From Camelus ferus (taxonomy: Eukaryota), in assembly GCF_009834535.1 (NCBI RefSeq), contig NC_045698.1:5520001-5584000 (forward strand): a stretch of 64,000 bases of DNA, given 5' to 3'. The position numbers and the translations under genes were made by a program. A model generated the notes under the pieces. It was not told where the DNA came from. It was given only the letters and a program-made list of their open reading frames with translations, and ran no database searches. This document shows, one piece after another, positions 24,564 through 36,789 of this stretch (its first letter is position 1; each line of letters starts with the position of its first letter).

Positions 24564-25076
24564 TTGTCTGTGGTTTAGAAACAGCAAGAAGACTGAGGTT
24601 CTGTTAAGAAAAGAATAATACAGAAGAAAAGCCAAATGCTCGGAGCAAGACCAGCCTCCATCAGTTACGGGTCCACGTCTGACTCTGCTTCTGAGTGGTT
24701 TTTTGACCTGAATAAATCCGAGGGAATTTGAAAACCAACTTGTACCAGCAAGGTGCCTGGAGCGGTAGAAATGGAGACACGCGTGCAAGCCTCAACTTGA
24801 ACTGAAAATACAATTTTGTGTCTGACTCTGCCAACTTAACTATGCCAATAGATGTCAGAAAGCTCACTGCTCCTGGCTTGGGGTGTGCCAAGGAAAGGAA
24901 GAGAGTCCGTTCAAATCCATGAACTTCTGTTAATTCTGGAGACACAGTGCTGATACAAAGAAATAAAGGATCCCAATTCCCTGCTCTCAGGAAGATCACG
25001 GTGCAGCGAGAAGCCATCACTACCTGGTCACAGTTGTGCACTACTAGTGTGAGCCATGCGACACAGGAAGACTGGG

Positions 25077-25090
25077 GCGCCAGGGGGCAG
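25077..25090 (+). promoter_or_regulatory. CTCF-like motif
   Basis: GCGCCAGGGGGCAG, 13/14 match to the CCGCCAGGGGGCAG core. Confidence 0.5.
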
Positions 25091-25464
25091 GGAGCTTCAG
25101 GGTAATTTCCTAAGCTGTTTGGTCTTTCAGGTGAACTCAGGCCTAGGGAATGCTCACATTTTAACAGTTTGAGAGATTATGATCACATATTCTGAAACAT
25201 TCTTTTCTAAACTTTTGTTATATGGTATTCAGTATTTTTCAAAATGATTTGACTTATCCTTTACCATATAAACCTTAGAAAAAAATGCAAAAAGCCCTTG
25301 ACCGCACAAAGTATCAGAGTAATATATTGCATTTGTATGTGGGCTTCTAAACCTGCCGAAGTGCATTTTTGCCCCCTTAAAAACGATAACCTCAAACTAA
25401 TCCGGCAAGTTAGAAGGAAACTACAATTGCCCATTCATGCGAATGAAGGTCATTCAGCTGAGTG

Positions 25465-25685
25465 GATGGGACTGCCTGGCCTCAGGCTCTGACTCTGCCA
25501 CTTACTGCGACCTTGGGATGCCAATGAACCTCTCAGTTTTCCGTCTGCAAAATGGGGATAATTACAACACCTCTCTTGTCGGGACATGTTAATGATTCTG
25601 TGAGTTAATACATATAAAGCACTTAGAAAAATTCCTGGTCAGATAGGAATGTAATTTCAACAAATGTGAGCTGTTATTATTACTG
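25465..25685 (+). mobile_element. MIR
   Basis: gactgcctgg...ctctgccacttact.cgaccttggg...ctcagttttcc.tctgcaaaatggggataat...taaagcacttagaa. Confidence 0.85.
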
Positions 25686-26429
25686 TTACTAGATTGAGTA
25701 CCAATGTAAATGATATTTCAAGAAGTAGTGTTTTATCAGAACATCCTTGTGGTAGCTGAGTGCTTGCACAATTGGAAAGGGCAAAAAATATGCAGCGTTT
25801 GAGGAGGGGAAGAGCACTGGAAATCCCAGAACAGGGGCATGTCAACAACATTTGGTCAATGACACAACCTTGGGAGTTTTCAGGGCTCAACAAAATCACA
25901 AGCAGGTTACAATGATCCGTTGCAAATGTGCCAATATCAAGGAAGCCATTTAGATTCTTCATTGTTCTGTGAAATACAGGGGAATCTGTCAGAGCAATGC
26001 CATCTCTTGCCCTCAAATGATGATGGAAGAACTTGTGCAAACACATAGTAGTAGAGCCCTTAGGGAGGGAGTTTTGTCTGCAACTACGGTGATACTGTCC
26101 TCATGAGTGGGCACCTCTTCAAAGGGAGAGTGTGAGACACTTCAACTCATTGAGAAATTGTGGGTAAGACGGCTGTGCCCGAATCAGTCAAGGCTGCTAA
26201 TTAACTTAGACTCTGCACTTGAGAGAATCAGAAAGACATGAGTGCTTAAGGCCGGATAGCTTTTATTTTATTTTAGTTTAGTTTAGTTTTTCTTTTGTCT
26301 TTTTTTTTTTTTTTTGACAAAAGAGACAATGATGGAAGTTGAGAGTTTAACAGCTGTTGGGTAAATACATGACCTTCACATACATCTATTTTTACATGTT
26401 TATGTGCTTTTTATGGCTTTTGAGGAGGA

Positions 26430-27900
26430 AGGCAGATACCCTGGGGTGCTGTGAGTGGGACGCCAGCACGGAGGGCTGGCGCAGTGATGGGCTGTTCCCC
26501 ACTCAACACCAGAAGTGGGACCTCAGTTGATGTGTTGCTTCAGGGTGAGGCTCTGGTATGAACTCTTTTCATGAGGGACCTCTGAGTCTGGGGATTAAAA
26601 GCAGTTTAGCTATTGCAGTGAAGCGTGGCATAAGCTGGGGAGAATGCCGCCTCCCCGCTTCTGTGTGGGACCAGAGCTCTCCGTCGCCTGAGCCCTGGGG
26701 TCTTGGGAACAAGGACAGCACCCTTGGTGACAGCGCTGGCTTTCTCCCACGGCTGGGTGGAGGGGTAACCGCTCCAAGCAGAGGCGGGAGCAGGAGCTGC
26801 TGCTTTGAGGGAGGGCAGGGGACCCAGGTGAGGAGAACAGGGGGCCCTTCCTGGGCTGTGGCTGTGAGTGGGGCTCCTACCTGTGGACACAGCACAGGGC
26901 CTCCTGAAATCCTGGGAGGCAGGTGGCAGTGGGCTGAGCACCTGGGGAGCACCTGAGGGGCAGGTGGGGGAACCGGGAGCCCGCGGGGGTCCCTCAGCTG
27001 CCTGAGCACACCTGCTCCAGCCCGCCTGCTGCCCGTCGCTCTCTCGAAGTGAGCCGGGTCAGAGCGCGTCCACGTGTGAACTAGGCGTGAACAGAAACGT
27101 GTGTCAGCAAACTGGGTGCACAGGAGAGCAGCGTCACGTCACTGTGTGCGGCCTGTAGCGTGAATGTGGGAGCTTTGTCCGTGACCAGGACGGTACCTTC
27201 CCTGCACGTGCAGGGAGGGGCCCTGAAAACCCCCCGATCAGAGCCAGCCCCACGCGGGAAGTGGCTGGTGGGTGACGGCCAGCAGGACGGACCCTGTAAG
27301 GCATTTTAACGAGCTTAACGATGGTCCACACCGAGCTGTGTTCATTAAGAAGCCTCCAGATTAAGTGCTTTCCTCTTTTCTTCTTCCTCTTCTCATTCAT
27401 CCACACTTTCTTGTCCTCACAAAATGGGGGCCAACTGCCAAATCAGGTCAACTGACCACATCCAAACACCTCAGCCCTGGGGGTGGGGGACGGGCACCTA
27501 CTTGGAGAAACACAGTCTAGCAAAAACCAGCCCTTTTACAGCCGGTGATCTAAATACAAATCCACTACTATTTCACAGGATGCCTTCCTGAAAATTCAAA
27601 TCTTTGTCTAAAATTACGGAAAACTGGAATTTGTGAAGCTGAAATGACTCCCTTGGGTGCTGGTTAGCAGCCCCCGCGCTGGGAGTTCCCAGGGGCAGGA
27701 CCGGGTGAGGGGCCGTCGGCAGGAGCCGAGTCCCCTGGGAAGCAAAAGAGTATCAGCCAGTGAAAGGAAGTGAGGATGCCCGTGGCGGGCGGCAGTGAGG
27801 CTGGGGGTAAAGAAAGAGTTCGGCGGGAAAAGAGCATTTCTGTGGAGCGAGGTGAGAGGAAAGGGGAGACGTGAAAAGACCAAGGGAGCCAGGTGCGGAG
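26430..27900. promoter_or_regulatory. GC/CpG-rich repeat-free region
   Basis: GC-rich, with a CpG cluster carrying multiple RCGTG/E-box motifs at 27060-27260. Confidence 0.4.
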
Positions 27901-29929
27901 GTCCTGGGAACCTTTACCAAGGAACAAAAACTACTCTTAAAATGAGTGACCTTGACTTTCTGTTTTAAGTTGTGCAGCAACTTTCTTTTCAAAATAAAAT
28001 TTATGTGAAACACAATTACATGAAACAGTTAAGGGTGGAGCTGGTCCAGCTGAGGGAAGCTTTCCTGGGCTCTTCCATAGCAGGGGCTGCTGGTACCAGT
28101 CTGAACTTCCAGCTCAAACTGCTGTAACGGGAGGAACTGGAGCCCTGGAAGACACCACCCGGAGGTGATGGTCCTTTCCTGGACCCGGAGGCAACAAATG
28201 CGGCACAGCTGGGTGACAAGGGTTTTTGTAAATCTAGAGTGAGAGAAAGAGGGAGAGATGACGGGTGGGTTGAGAGCATGAAAGGCAGGAACTGGGCTTT
28301 TGTTAAGGATGGACCCTTGGTCCTTGACAGTCAGCAAATGTGAAATTGCCAAACCTGGAGACCAAGATGTGGGGGTGAGCTCTCAGTGCTTAGAAAATAG
28401 CCCACTGTCCTGTTTATCTTAAAACCCATCGCTGTTAACTTTACAATGTAGTCAGGCTATTTTCTGAAAGCTTTTCAGAAAACAAGTGTTGCCAGTATGA
28501 TAAAATTAAAATGGAACCTGGGCTACAGCAGATCATGTTGTTGGGCCGTAAGAGTCTTTGGAGCTTGGGAAGATGACCCTTTGTGAGGGAAGGCCACCAT
28601 CATTTGGAGCCAACAATGAGTTGTTTTCCAACCCAGGAGGAGACAGAATTTTACCCAATTTGCCCAAGTTTAATCCCAATAATAATAAGGAGAAAGGTTG
28701 GATATTTGGAAACAAAGGCAGGGAAAGGATAAAGGGCCAAATTCCAAAGCACATCTCAAGCCTACATTCATGCTACCAGAATTGGACACTGATGTTTACA
28801 AAATTTTGACAACCTGAAGAAGAAAACCATGTCAAATGTTCAACTCTCAAATGGACAAGTTAGAAAGAAAGTTGCAATTTTTGTCTCTTTTTAGAAGAAG
28901 TTTATTGTATCTGCTAAATTACATTGGATTTTCTCCTTTGTGACAGGATGGGCTTTGAAGAGAGAAACTATTTCCTGTGGGGAAGCTGGCTTAGGTTGCT
29001 TTTGTATCACCTCCGGACTACTGTGCCCAGTGTGTCCCTGAGCTAAGCCGTCCATGCCCCTGCAGCTCACTCTGCTAATACTCAAAGAATAGCTTTAAGA
29101 AAATAAAAATAAAAACAAATTCAGAGAAAGTTCTGATGCCTAACACTTTACCATCCAAAATGTTTATGAAAAAATTCCTGAAGTCCCTTAAACTAAATTG
29201 TTGATTAAAACAGAATATTTTGCTAATGAGCATTAAGGCAGACAATATGGAGCTTATGTTGAGGAAAGCATGCTTTCCATGTTTAAACTAGTGCTGTTTC
29301 ACTGAATTACAGAGTTAAAATGAAGGATAAGGAAAGTCTCAGGAGAGTGACCTCCAGGTTGGTTACTAATGAACACTCAGGTATATGAAACTTTTGAGTT
29401 TCCTTGGTATTCTCTTTCTGTAACACAGAAGATATCAATTTTTACCATAGAGAGATATTCTATGCATTTTAGATAATCTGAGAAAAGCAAGATGTTTTTC
29501 AATAGATTCACATGAAGGCTTATACAGACCCAAATTCCTTTGTCAAGAGTTCCACCAGTACCCATGGCAACTGTGAGTCTCTGGAACCATCTCCCATAGA
29601 CAGAGCCATGAAAATTCCAGTCTATGGGGGACTGTGCTGACCTGGAATATCCTTCTCCTCAATCTCTCACCAAATGCACACACGTCAAAAACTTGCACAT
29701 GCTGAATAAATATAGTCAATGTAAAGTAAAATGTGTAGTTGAGATTGCAAGGGAAAAAACCCACCACAGGTGCCTAAGATGAGGGGGGATTTAAATCCAG
29801 AGCCTGAGTGTGTACTGAGTATATTGAACATGGGAGCAGAGCATCCCCTAGGGTTATCAGGAACAGATACTGTCTTAAAACTAGGTGTTTAATGTCCCTG
29901 TAAGGACAATGTTCTCTTGATCTGGTTGG

Positions 29930-31615
29930 AACTGGAAAGAAATTTTTATGTAAGGTCAGAATATAAGGACTAGAAAAACCTTTGCTCACTCTTTAGCGAC
30001 CCAGTGCCTGTGTGGAATTCTAATTGTAAGCTATGCTTGGAAAATAGAAACCCATGAGAAAACAGAAACTCCAGCCTGTAATATGCATTGGTTTGGGATT
30101 CTTCATTCATACTACATGTAACTGAAGAACTTAGTATAGAAATTATTGTTAAAAACTAGTCTATATAAAGTCTACCATGGACCTACTGAAACACGGCTTA
30201 AAGGAAGTTTCAAAAGAATCAGATTGAAGTCCAACACTCTATAAGGGAATATTAAAAAAAAAACAACAACCCTAACCAACATAATAAAATAACAAAATAA
30301 AATAAAACTCATAATTTCTAGGATTCATTCAAAATTACCAAATATGCAATTAAGCAGGAAAATATGAGCCCAAATCAGGAAAAAGGCAATAATTAGAAAT
30401 AAAAGAGATGCTGGGATTACCAAAGATATTAAAGTGCTATTATAAATATTCTTCATATGCTCAAGAACACAAAGGAAAACAATGAGGAAAGAAATGTATA
30501 AAAATTTTAAAAGACCTACATGGAAATTTCAGAGTTGAAACATGCAATACCTGATATTCAAAAAGTATAAGCAGATTACCCGCTGCAGAAGAAAAAACAT
30601 ACTAATAAAAATTATCCTAAATGAAACAAAGAGAGGAGAAACTGGAAAAGAAATAACAGAACGCCAGTGGCTTGTACGAAGTGGTTGTGTATAATTGCAA
30701 TCTCAGAGGAGAGGAGAAGGGGAAACAAAAAATATTTGAAGAAATAAGTGGCCAATATTTTTCCAAATTTAGTATAAATGATAAACCTACAGATTCAAGA
30801 AGGTCAACAGAACCCAAGCAGAAGAAAAAAGGAAAACCTCACTAAGGGACATCATAATCATAATCATAATCAAATTTCTGAGAACCAATGATAGACTATC
30901 TCAAAGCAGCTAGAGGAACAAACACATTACATACAGAGAAACAAAGGTAAGATTTTAGCAGAATTCTTTTCAGAAACTGTGCAAAGCAGAAGAATATGGA
31001 ACAGCATTTTTAAAGTACTGGAAGGAAAAAAGTTATCATGGCAGAATTATAATTTTAGCAAAAATATCTTTTATAAGTAAAATGAAATAAAGGATTTTTT
31101 TTTCCAGACAAAAGCTGAAAGAGTTAGTTCCAGTAATTAACTACCAAACCTGCATTAAGGGAAGTGTGAAAGTTCATCAGGAAGAACAAGAGATAACACC
31201 AGATGGAAATATAAATTTGCCGTAATGTAATGAGGCATGCTGGAAATAGTATGTGGGTAAAAAAATAAAAGAAATTATTCTCATTTTTTAAACTCATCAA
31301 AAGAAAATTGAGTGTTCAAATAGCGACATATTGAAGGGTTTTAACATGAGCAGAATAATGAAGAGGAACCACAATAGCACCTAAGAAGCGAGGGTAGAAA
31401 ATTCAGGTTACTGACGTAGGTCCACACAAACGTGGTCGTATGTGGCACAAAGGTGTCGGTGAGGAAACAAAGCAGTATATAAACACTTTGAAGACAAATG
31501 GGCAGTTTCTTGTAAATCTAAACATATACTCATCAAGCAACTCAGCCAGCCCTCCTAGCCACTGAGTCAAAGAGAAGTGAAAACCTATTTACATGAATGT
31601 TGATAGCAGCTTTAT
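29930..31615 (+). mobile_element. Old L1M (L1MC/ME-like) 5'UTR-ORF1 remnant plus a 3' ORF2 fragment
   Basis: A-rich decayed ORF1 (aaaatatttgaagaaata...ttccaaattt...acctacagattcaagaag...catcataatcaaatt). The 31470-31615 segment ends atgttgatagcagctttattc. Confidence 0.75.
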
Positions 31616-31617
31616 TC

Positions 31618-32154
31618 TTTTATTTTTATTTTTTGAAGTTAAAAAATTTTTTTATTGAAGTATAGTCAGTTTATGATGTTGTGTCAATTTCTGGTGCACA
31701 GCACAATGCTTCAGTCATATAGGAACACGTATATATTTGTTTTCATATTCTTTTTCACTATAAATTACTACAAGATATTGAATATAGTTCTCTGTGCTAT
31801 ACAGTATAAATTCGTTGTTTATCTATTTTATATATAATAGTTAGTATTTGCAGATTTCGAATTCCCAATTTATCCTTTCCCACTCACTTTCCTCCCTACC
31901 CCTCTGCCCCTGTAACTATGTTTGTTTTCTATGTCTGTGAGTTTGTTTCTGTTTTGTAAATAAGTTCATTTGAGTCTTTTTAAGATTCCATATATAAGTG
32001 ATATCATATGATATTTTTCTTTCTCTGACTTACTTCACTTAGAATGATGATCTCCAGATACATCCATGTTGCAGCAAATGGCATTATTTTATTCTTTTTT
32101 ATGACTGAGTAGTATTCCATTGTATAAATACACCACAGCTCCTTTATCCAGTCA
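31618..32154 (-). mobile_element. Lineage-specific L1 3' fragment without visible TSD
   Basis: tttattgaagtatagtcagtttatgatgttgtgtcaatttctgg...tttatccagtca. Confidence 0.9.
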
Positions 32155-33024
32155 GACTGAAGGTTTGCCCAGTCCTTCCTCCTCCAGGACAGAGGGAATG
32201 TGTTGCTGATTGGTAAGGGGACAAAGGGAGATGGACGAGTGAAAGTGAAAGATGCAGTGGAGGAGGCTGGAAGATATCACTGTGAAGCAACGATGCTTTC
32301 CGCTCTTCAGTGCTCTTCCAGTCTTGGATTTAAGGAGCGCTGAAGTTTGGAGATGCTACTGACATCAAACAGAGATGAGCTGCTTTCAGCCTAAGGCAGT
32401 TCCACGGAGCTTTCTCCTAATTGTGCAGTTTTCAGCTCCATAGACAGAACAAATGGCAAAGAAACCAACACTTAAAAGTGTATCTGACAGGATGCTAAAG
32501 GCATCAGTGCACTTTTTGTATTTGTTTCGGACCAACACAAGACGTTTCCTAGCTTTTTACGTGGAATTTTGCAGCTTTGCCGTTGTGGTGCTTTTATATC
32601 TTGGCTAGCTCCAACGCCTCGTGCTGAAATAGCTCTATTTTCCCAGGACAAGCAATTTAAGTTGTGCAGAGAAGACAGTCATTGCTTTCCAACTACCTGA
32701 CAGCTAACGTGCCTGGAAATGGCAAATACCACCACTTATGTGCTGACAGAAAGGCCCATTTTTATTTCCAGCCACCACAGCTGTTAATATGAGGTGCATC
32801 CATGAAATTTTATGAGAAGGATATTTAGGAAAATAATATATTTTAACACTATTACAAAAATATTTTCAGTAAACTATTTGAAAGGCCTTTCCACATATAT
32901 TCTCTCTGGCTATGTGAAATATTCTCTAGTTGCTTCTGTAATTTTATACCATTAAAATACATTTTAAAGCATACATTTTATTAAAAACTTTAAACTGACT
33001 CTGTATTTAAAGTTCTGTACATTT

Positions 33025-33179
33025 AAAAAATGCACTTGTTTTTTAATTTTAATTTTATTTTTTGAGTTTTTTGGGGGGGGGTAATTAGGTTTTGATTTTT
33101 TTTAAATGGAGGGACTGGGGATTGAACCCAGGACCTTGTGCTAAGCACGTGCTCTACCAATGAGCTGTTCTCTCTCCCT
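33025..33179 (-). mobile_element. Vic-1-like SINE
   Basis: ggggtaattagg...ctggggattgaacccaggacc...ctctaccaatgagct. TSD gttctgtacattt / gttttgtacattt. Confidence 0.88.
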
Positions 33180-33191
33180 GTTTTGTACATT

Positions 33192-33540
33192 TGTATCAGT
33201 TCAAAATGTTAGTAACAGAAATGGTGGTTTAATGTTGTGTGGGGTGTTACTTTTCATATAATTAGTCCAGGGCTAGTGCAGTAGCTCAGAAATACCTTCA
33301 AGTACCAGCATTTCTTCACCCTCCTGACCCTGGAGGTTTTCCCTCTCATGGTCAAGAGACAGCTTCTCTAATGCCAAGTATTATATCTGAATTTTAGAAA
33401 TGAAGAGAAGGAAGGAAGGGAATTAAGAGAAATTGAGGAGAAAAGTGGGGGCCCTTCACCCCCACTTTCTCAAGAATCTGTAGCAGCTCTCTGCTTCATC
33501 TAACTGACCAGCAATAGGGAGGTTTGGGAAACACAGCTTT
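33192..33540 (-). mobile_element. Old MaLR LTR (MLT1J/K/L-like)
   Basis: tgtatcagtt...agtaacagaaa...gtggtttaa...ctcatggtcaagagacagct. Confidence 0.45.
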
Positions 33541-33839
33541 GTGCTTTGGCACATTGTGATCCCAAACGTGATCAGGACTGTTAGCGAGGAAGAGGATGGG
33601 AAGGGAGAACGTGCAGCCCAAGAGCCAAGCTTGCCACCCGCTCCTTCCACCTGGAGATGGCAGCAAACCTTCTGATTGTGTTTCTTTGGTAAAGGAGGCT
33701 GTGCATTTGGGTTCAAAGTGCTGTCTGATAGGCTCCTTCTTTCCTAGCGTCATAGCAGGCACACTTCCCCATGCAAATGCTCACAGGTATTCTTTTAATC
33801 ATTTTCAACAGCTATAATTTCAATTACAGGAATACCTGA

Positions 33840-34150
33840 TCTGTTTTGGAGATTTAGGTGGTTTCCAACAATCACTATTGAAAACAAAAGTTCAGTGAAT
33901 GTCTTGCAGACATACTTTTTTGTGTGGACACCCATGACTAGGTTCTTAAGTTACAGTCCTGTAAACAAAGTTATAGGGTCAAATTTGTGCATATTGTTCA
34001 GGCTTTTGGTGTCATTGCTAAATTGCTCTTTGGCAAAGGTCTTTCCTCCTGCGGTATGTCAAATTGTTTACTTCCAAGCATCCTATCAGCTTAAGAGGAT
34101 TATGTTTTTAAAGTTTGCCAGTTTTACTGGTGAAAACCATCTAGAGTTCT
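33840..34150 (-). mobile_element. Old L1M fragment
   Basis: gatttaggtggtttccaa...cagtgaatgtcttgcagacatac...taaattgctct. Confidence 0.5.
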
Positions 34151-34659
34151 GAATGATCCTGAGCAGATGAGTGTATATAGTTTCAATAAGGTGAGGCCCA
34201 TCTGGATGAACGGTGTAGACCTCGCCCCTGAGGGATCACAGGTGTGGCCTGGGGGGCAGGGACATGCTTGTGCAAGACCCTGCAGTGGGTACATCCCTAG
34301 TTTAAGTCCCCACCATGTAGGAGCGTCAGTTCTTTCCCACAAGGAAACCCCCTCCCCTTCCAGTGGCTTCTGAAAGTCCTTGGAGAATGCTCCATGTGTC
34401 CCCACAAATAAGCCTGCCCCTTGGTGAGCAAATTACCACTGGTCCAAGAGCTCTGCCTGCAAAGCCCCTGGAAGACCCACCTGCTGCCCCAGACTCATGA
34501 CAATGCTGAAGACCCCCAGCAGGTCTCAGAACCACTGGACACCCCCCAACCCCCCTCAGGCTGCAGGCTAGTGCTGGGCAGAGGCCAAGAGAAGAAAGGC
34601 ACTTTCCCACTCACTCAGAGGTGGCCTTAAAGAGCAGAATTTTTAAGGAAAATTCTCAA

Positions 34660-35667
34660 CATGGGCCTATGCAGTTCAAGGCAGGGGTTGAGGGTGAAGT
34701 CCTGGAACCATCTGAGGTTGGTATGGAACCAAACCTGGGTCCACTCCCCAACACACAGCAAAGCAATCTACCGAGCCTGGGTTCTGGTGAGGGAACGTGT
34801 GGCATTTATTGCAGGTGCCAAGCAAGGAGTCCAGGCAGCTAGTGCTCAGAAGACCCAAACTCCCTGATGGCTTTCACAGTAAGGTTTTCAAAGACAGGGT
34901 GCGGGCGTGGGCTGTGGGCTGTGTGATCAGCTCATGGACATTGTTCTGACTGGTTGGTGGTGAAGTAACTGGGAATCAACATCATCATTCTGGTTTCAGC
35001 TGGGCTGAGGTCTGCGTGCTTGTGGGCAACACACAGTTAACTTCTTCTCCTGGTGGGGGTTTCAGTATCTGTGAAACAGCTCAAAGAACACGCTCAGGAT
35101 ATTATCTACAGCTCTTGAGGAGGAAGTAAGGGTCTTTGACTGTTTACTTGCTAAATTATTATTTTGTTTTGCTTGACTGTTTCCTATTCTTTCTGCGTCT
35201 TATCACTTCTCTAATTAAATGCACCCCTAGAACTTGGAGAAGGCCTAGGAGTCTTAAGTTTTTCTATAGACAAGAGGCAGGTGGAAATCATGGTGTTGGG
35301 GGGTGTCTGTTCCAGGAAGGCCACGTAGGGTCCTGCTCAGTTACAAAATTTTGTTCACTCACATGTGTGGCTGTCACATGTAACCTGGGCCATTGCCTGA
35401 AACATCTACGCATGTCCTTTCCATGTGGCCTGAGGTTCTTCTCAACGTGGTGGCTGGGTTCAAGGGTGAGCCTCCCGACAGGGAGAAAGCCAGGCTTGGA
35501 AGTACTGCTTCGTCTATTCATAGCAGCGGCTACTGCAACAGCCCAGGTTCAAGGGAAGGAGACTCACGCTCCAGCGTTGCATGGCGGGGGGCGGCAAAGT
35601 CCTGGAAAAATACATGTGAGACCGGAAACATTGCTGTAGCCTCATTTGGAAACCAGCACCTACAACA
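34660..35667 (-). mobile_element. MLT1G/H-like LTR interrupted by an ERV1 LTR
   Basis: tggaaccatctgagg [insert] gttcactcacatgt...tccatgtggcctg...ggctgggttcaaggg...cccaggttcaaggg...catgtgagaccggaaacattgctg. Confidence 0.75.
34719..35345 (-). mobile_element. ERV1-class solo LTR (artiodactyl type)
   Basis: TG...CA termini; minus strand starts TGTAACTGAGCAGGACC; AATAAA on the minus strand near 34806. Homologous to 51210-51625. Confidence 0.8.
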
Positions 35668-35980
35668 GCGGCGAGTCATCAGTATTACCTGCGTGTCACA
35701 AAGCTGCCGCATTCCAGGGGACACTTTCCCTGTTCTTCTGATCAGCAATTTCCCTCTAAAAGCAGAGTTTAGAATTTGAGTCACTTATGGGGTAACTGAA
35801 GGCAAATAATGAGGACACAATGCACTTCAGCACAACATGAACACACTTTAACTTGGACTGGGTTTCAGAATCTCTCCCACAGCTTCTGTGGGAATTCTAT
35901 GCAAATTATACAAATATGAAATCACAAGCTTCTTATTTCAAACTCCAGTTTGGTCCTTAGGAAATTCTTTCTGAAGTTGT

Positions 35981-36326
35981 TGTCTAAGTCCGCCCAGGCT
36001 GCCCTCACAAGAAACCACAGCCTGGGTGGCTTACGCAGCCTGGTTATGTCCTCACAGTTCTGGAGGCTCAGTGTCCAAAGTCAGGCTGGTTTCTTTGGAG
36101 GGCTTCTGTCCCTGGTGCATAGATGACGGTCCCCCTCTGGTGGCTTCACTTAGTCTTCCGTCTTTGTGTGTCTGAATCCTAACTTCCTCTTATAAGGACA
36201 CCAGGGCCACTTGAGTGACCTCGTTTTACCTTAATTATCTCTTTAAAGACACTATCTCCAAGTACAGTCACATTCGGAGGTTCTGGGGGTTAGGAATTCC
36301 GTGTATTCATTTTGAGGGAACATAAT
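35981..36326 (-). mobile_element. MLT1A/B-like LTR
   Basis: Homologous to 6772-7088 (tataaggacacca...tatctccaagtacagtcacattc). Confidence 0.85.
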
Positions 36327-36789
36327 GCTGCTCGCAAGAATCTCCACTGTAGAAAGTCTTATGACAGTGACCTTGTGGGATACTCGAGGTCACATTTTCA
36401 TCTGCCTTCTAGACATTTTGAGTTTGGTAATTTCCCTTTACTAACTCTTTCCTTATCCTCATGTTTCTGTTTCTGTTTTGACTACCTCAGTCTCTTCAGG
36501 TACCAGGACAAAAATGAATAAATAAAAAGTGAGTAACACCACAGTCCCAAACCCTCAGTGCTAGTTAAGTGTGCTTTCTTTTTCTAGCCCATTTCTCACT
36601 AAGTCCTAATGATTATTCCTTTGAAGCGACTTTCGCCGCTGCCCCTTCCATCTTCTCATCCATCTCACATCAAGGCTGGATTGCTTCTCTTCTCCTAACT
36701 GTAACTCAGTGAAGTTCGGTGCAGAGCTCAACTGAATATTGCCTTATCCCTTCTTTTCCAGAGTATGCTTCCAAACTTCCTGTGACTCT

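Noticed and set aside
25860..26046. EGF-like words (NLGSFQ, DDGRTC) in a + frame
   Set aside because: Cysteine spacing does not fit EGF and there are no flanking splice sites; likely chance.
26261..26420. T-rich tract as the tail of a retrocopy
   Set aside because: No polyA signal on the minus strand and no convincing TSD.
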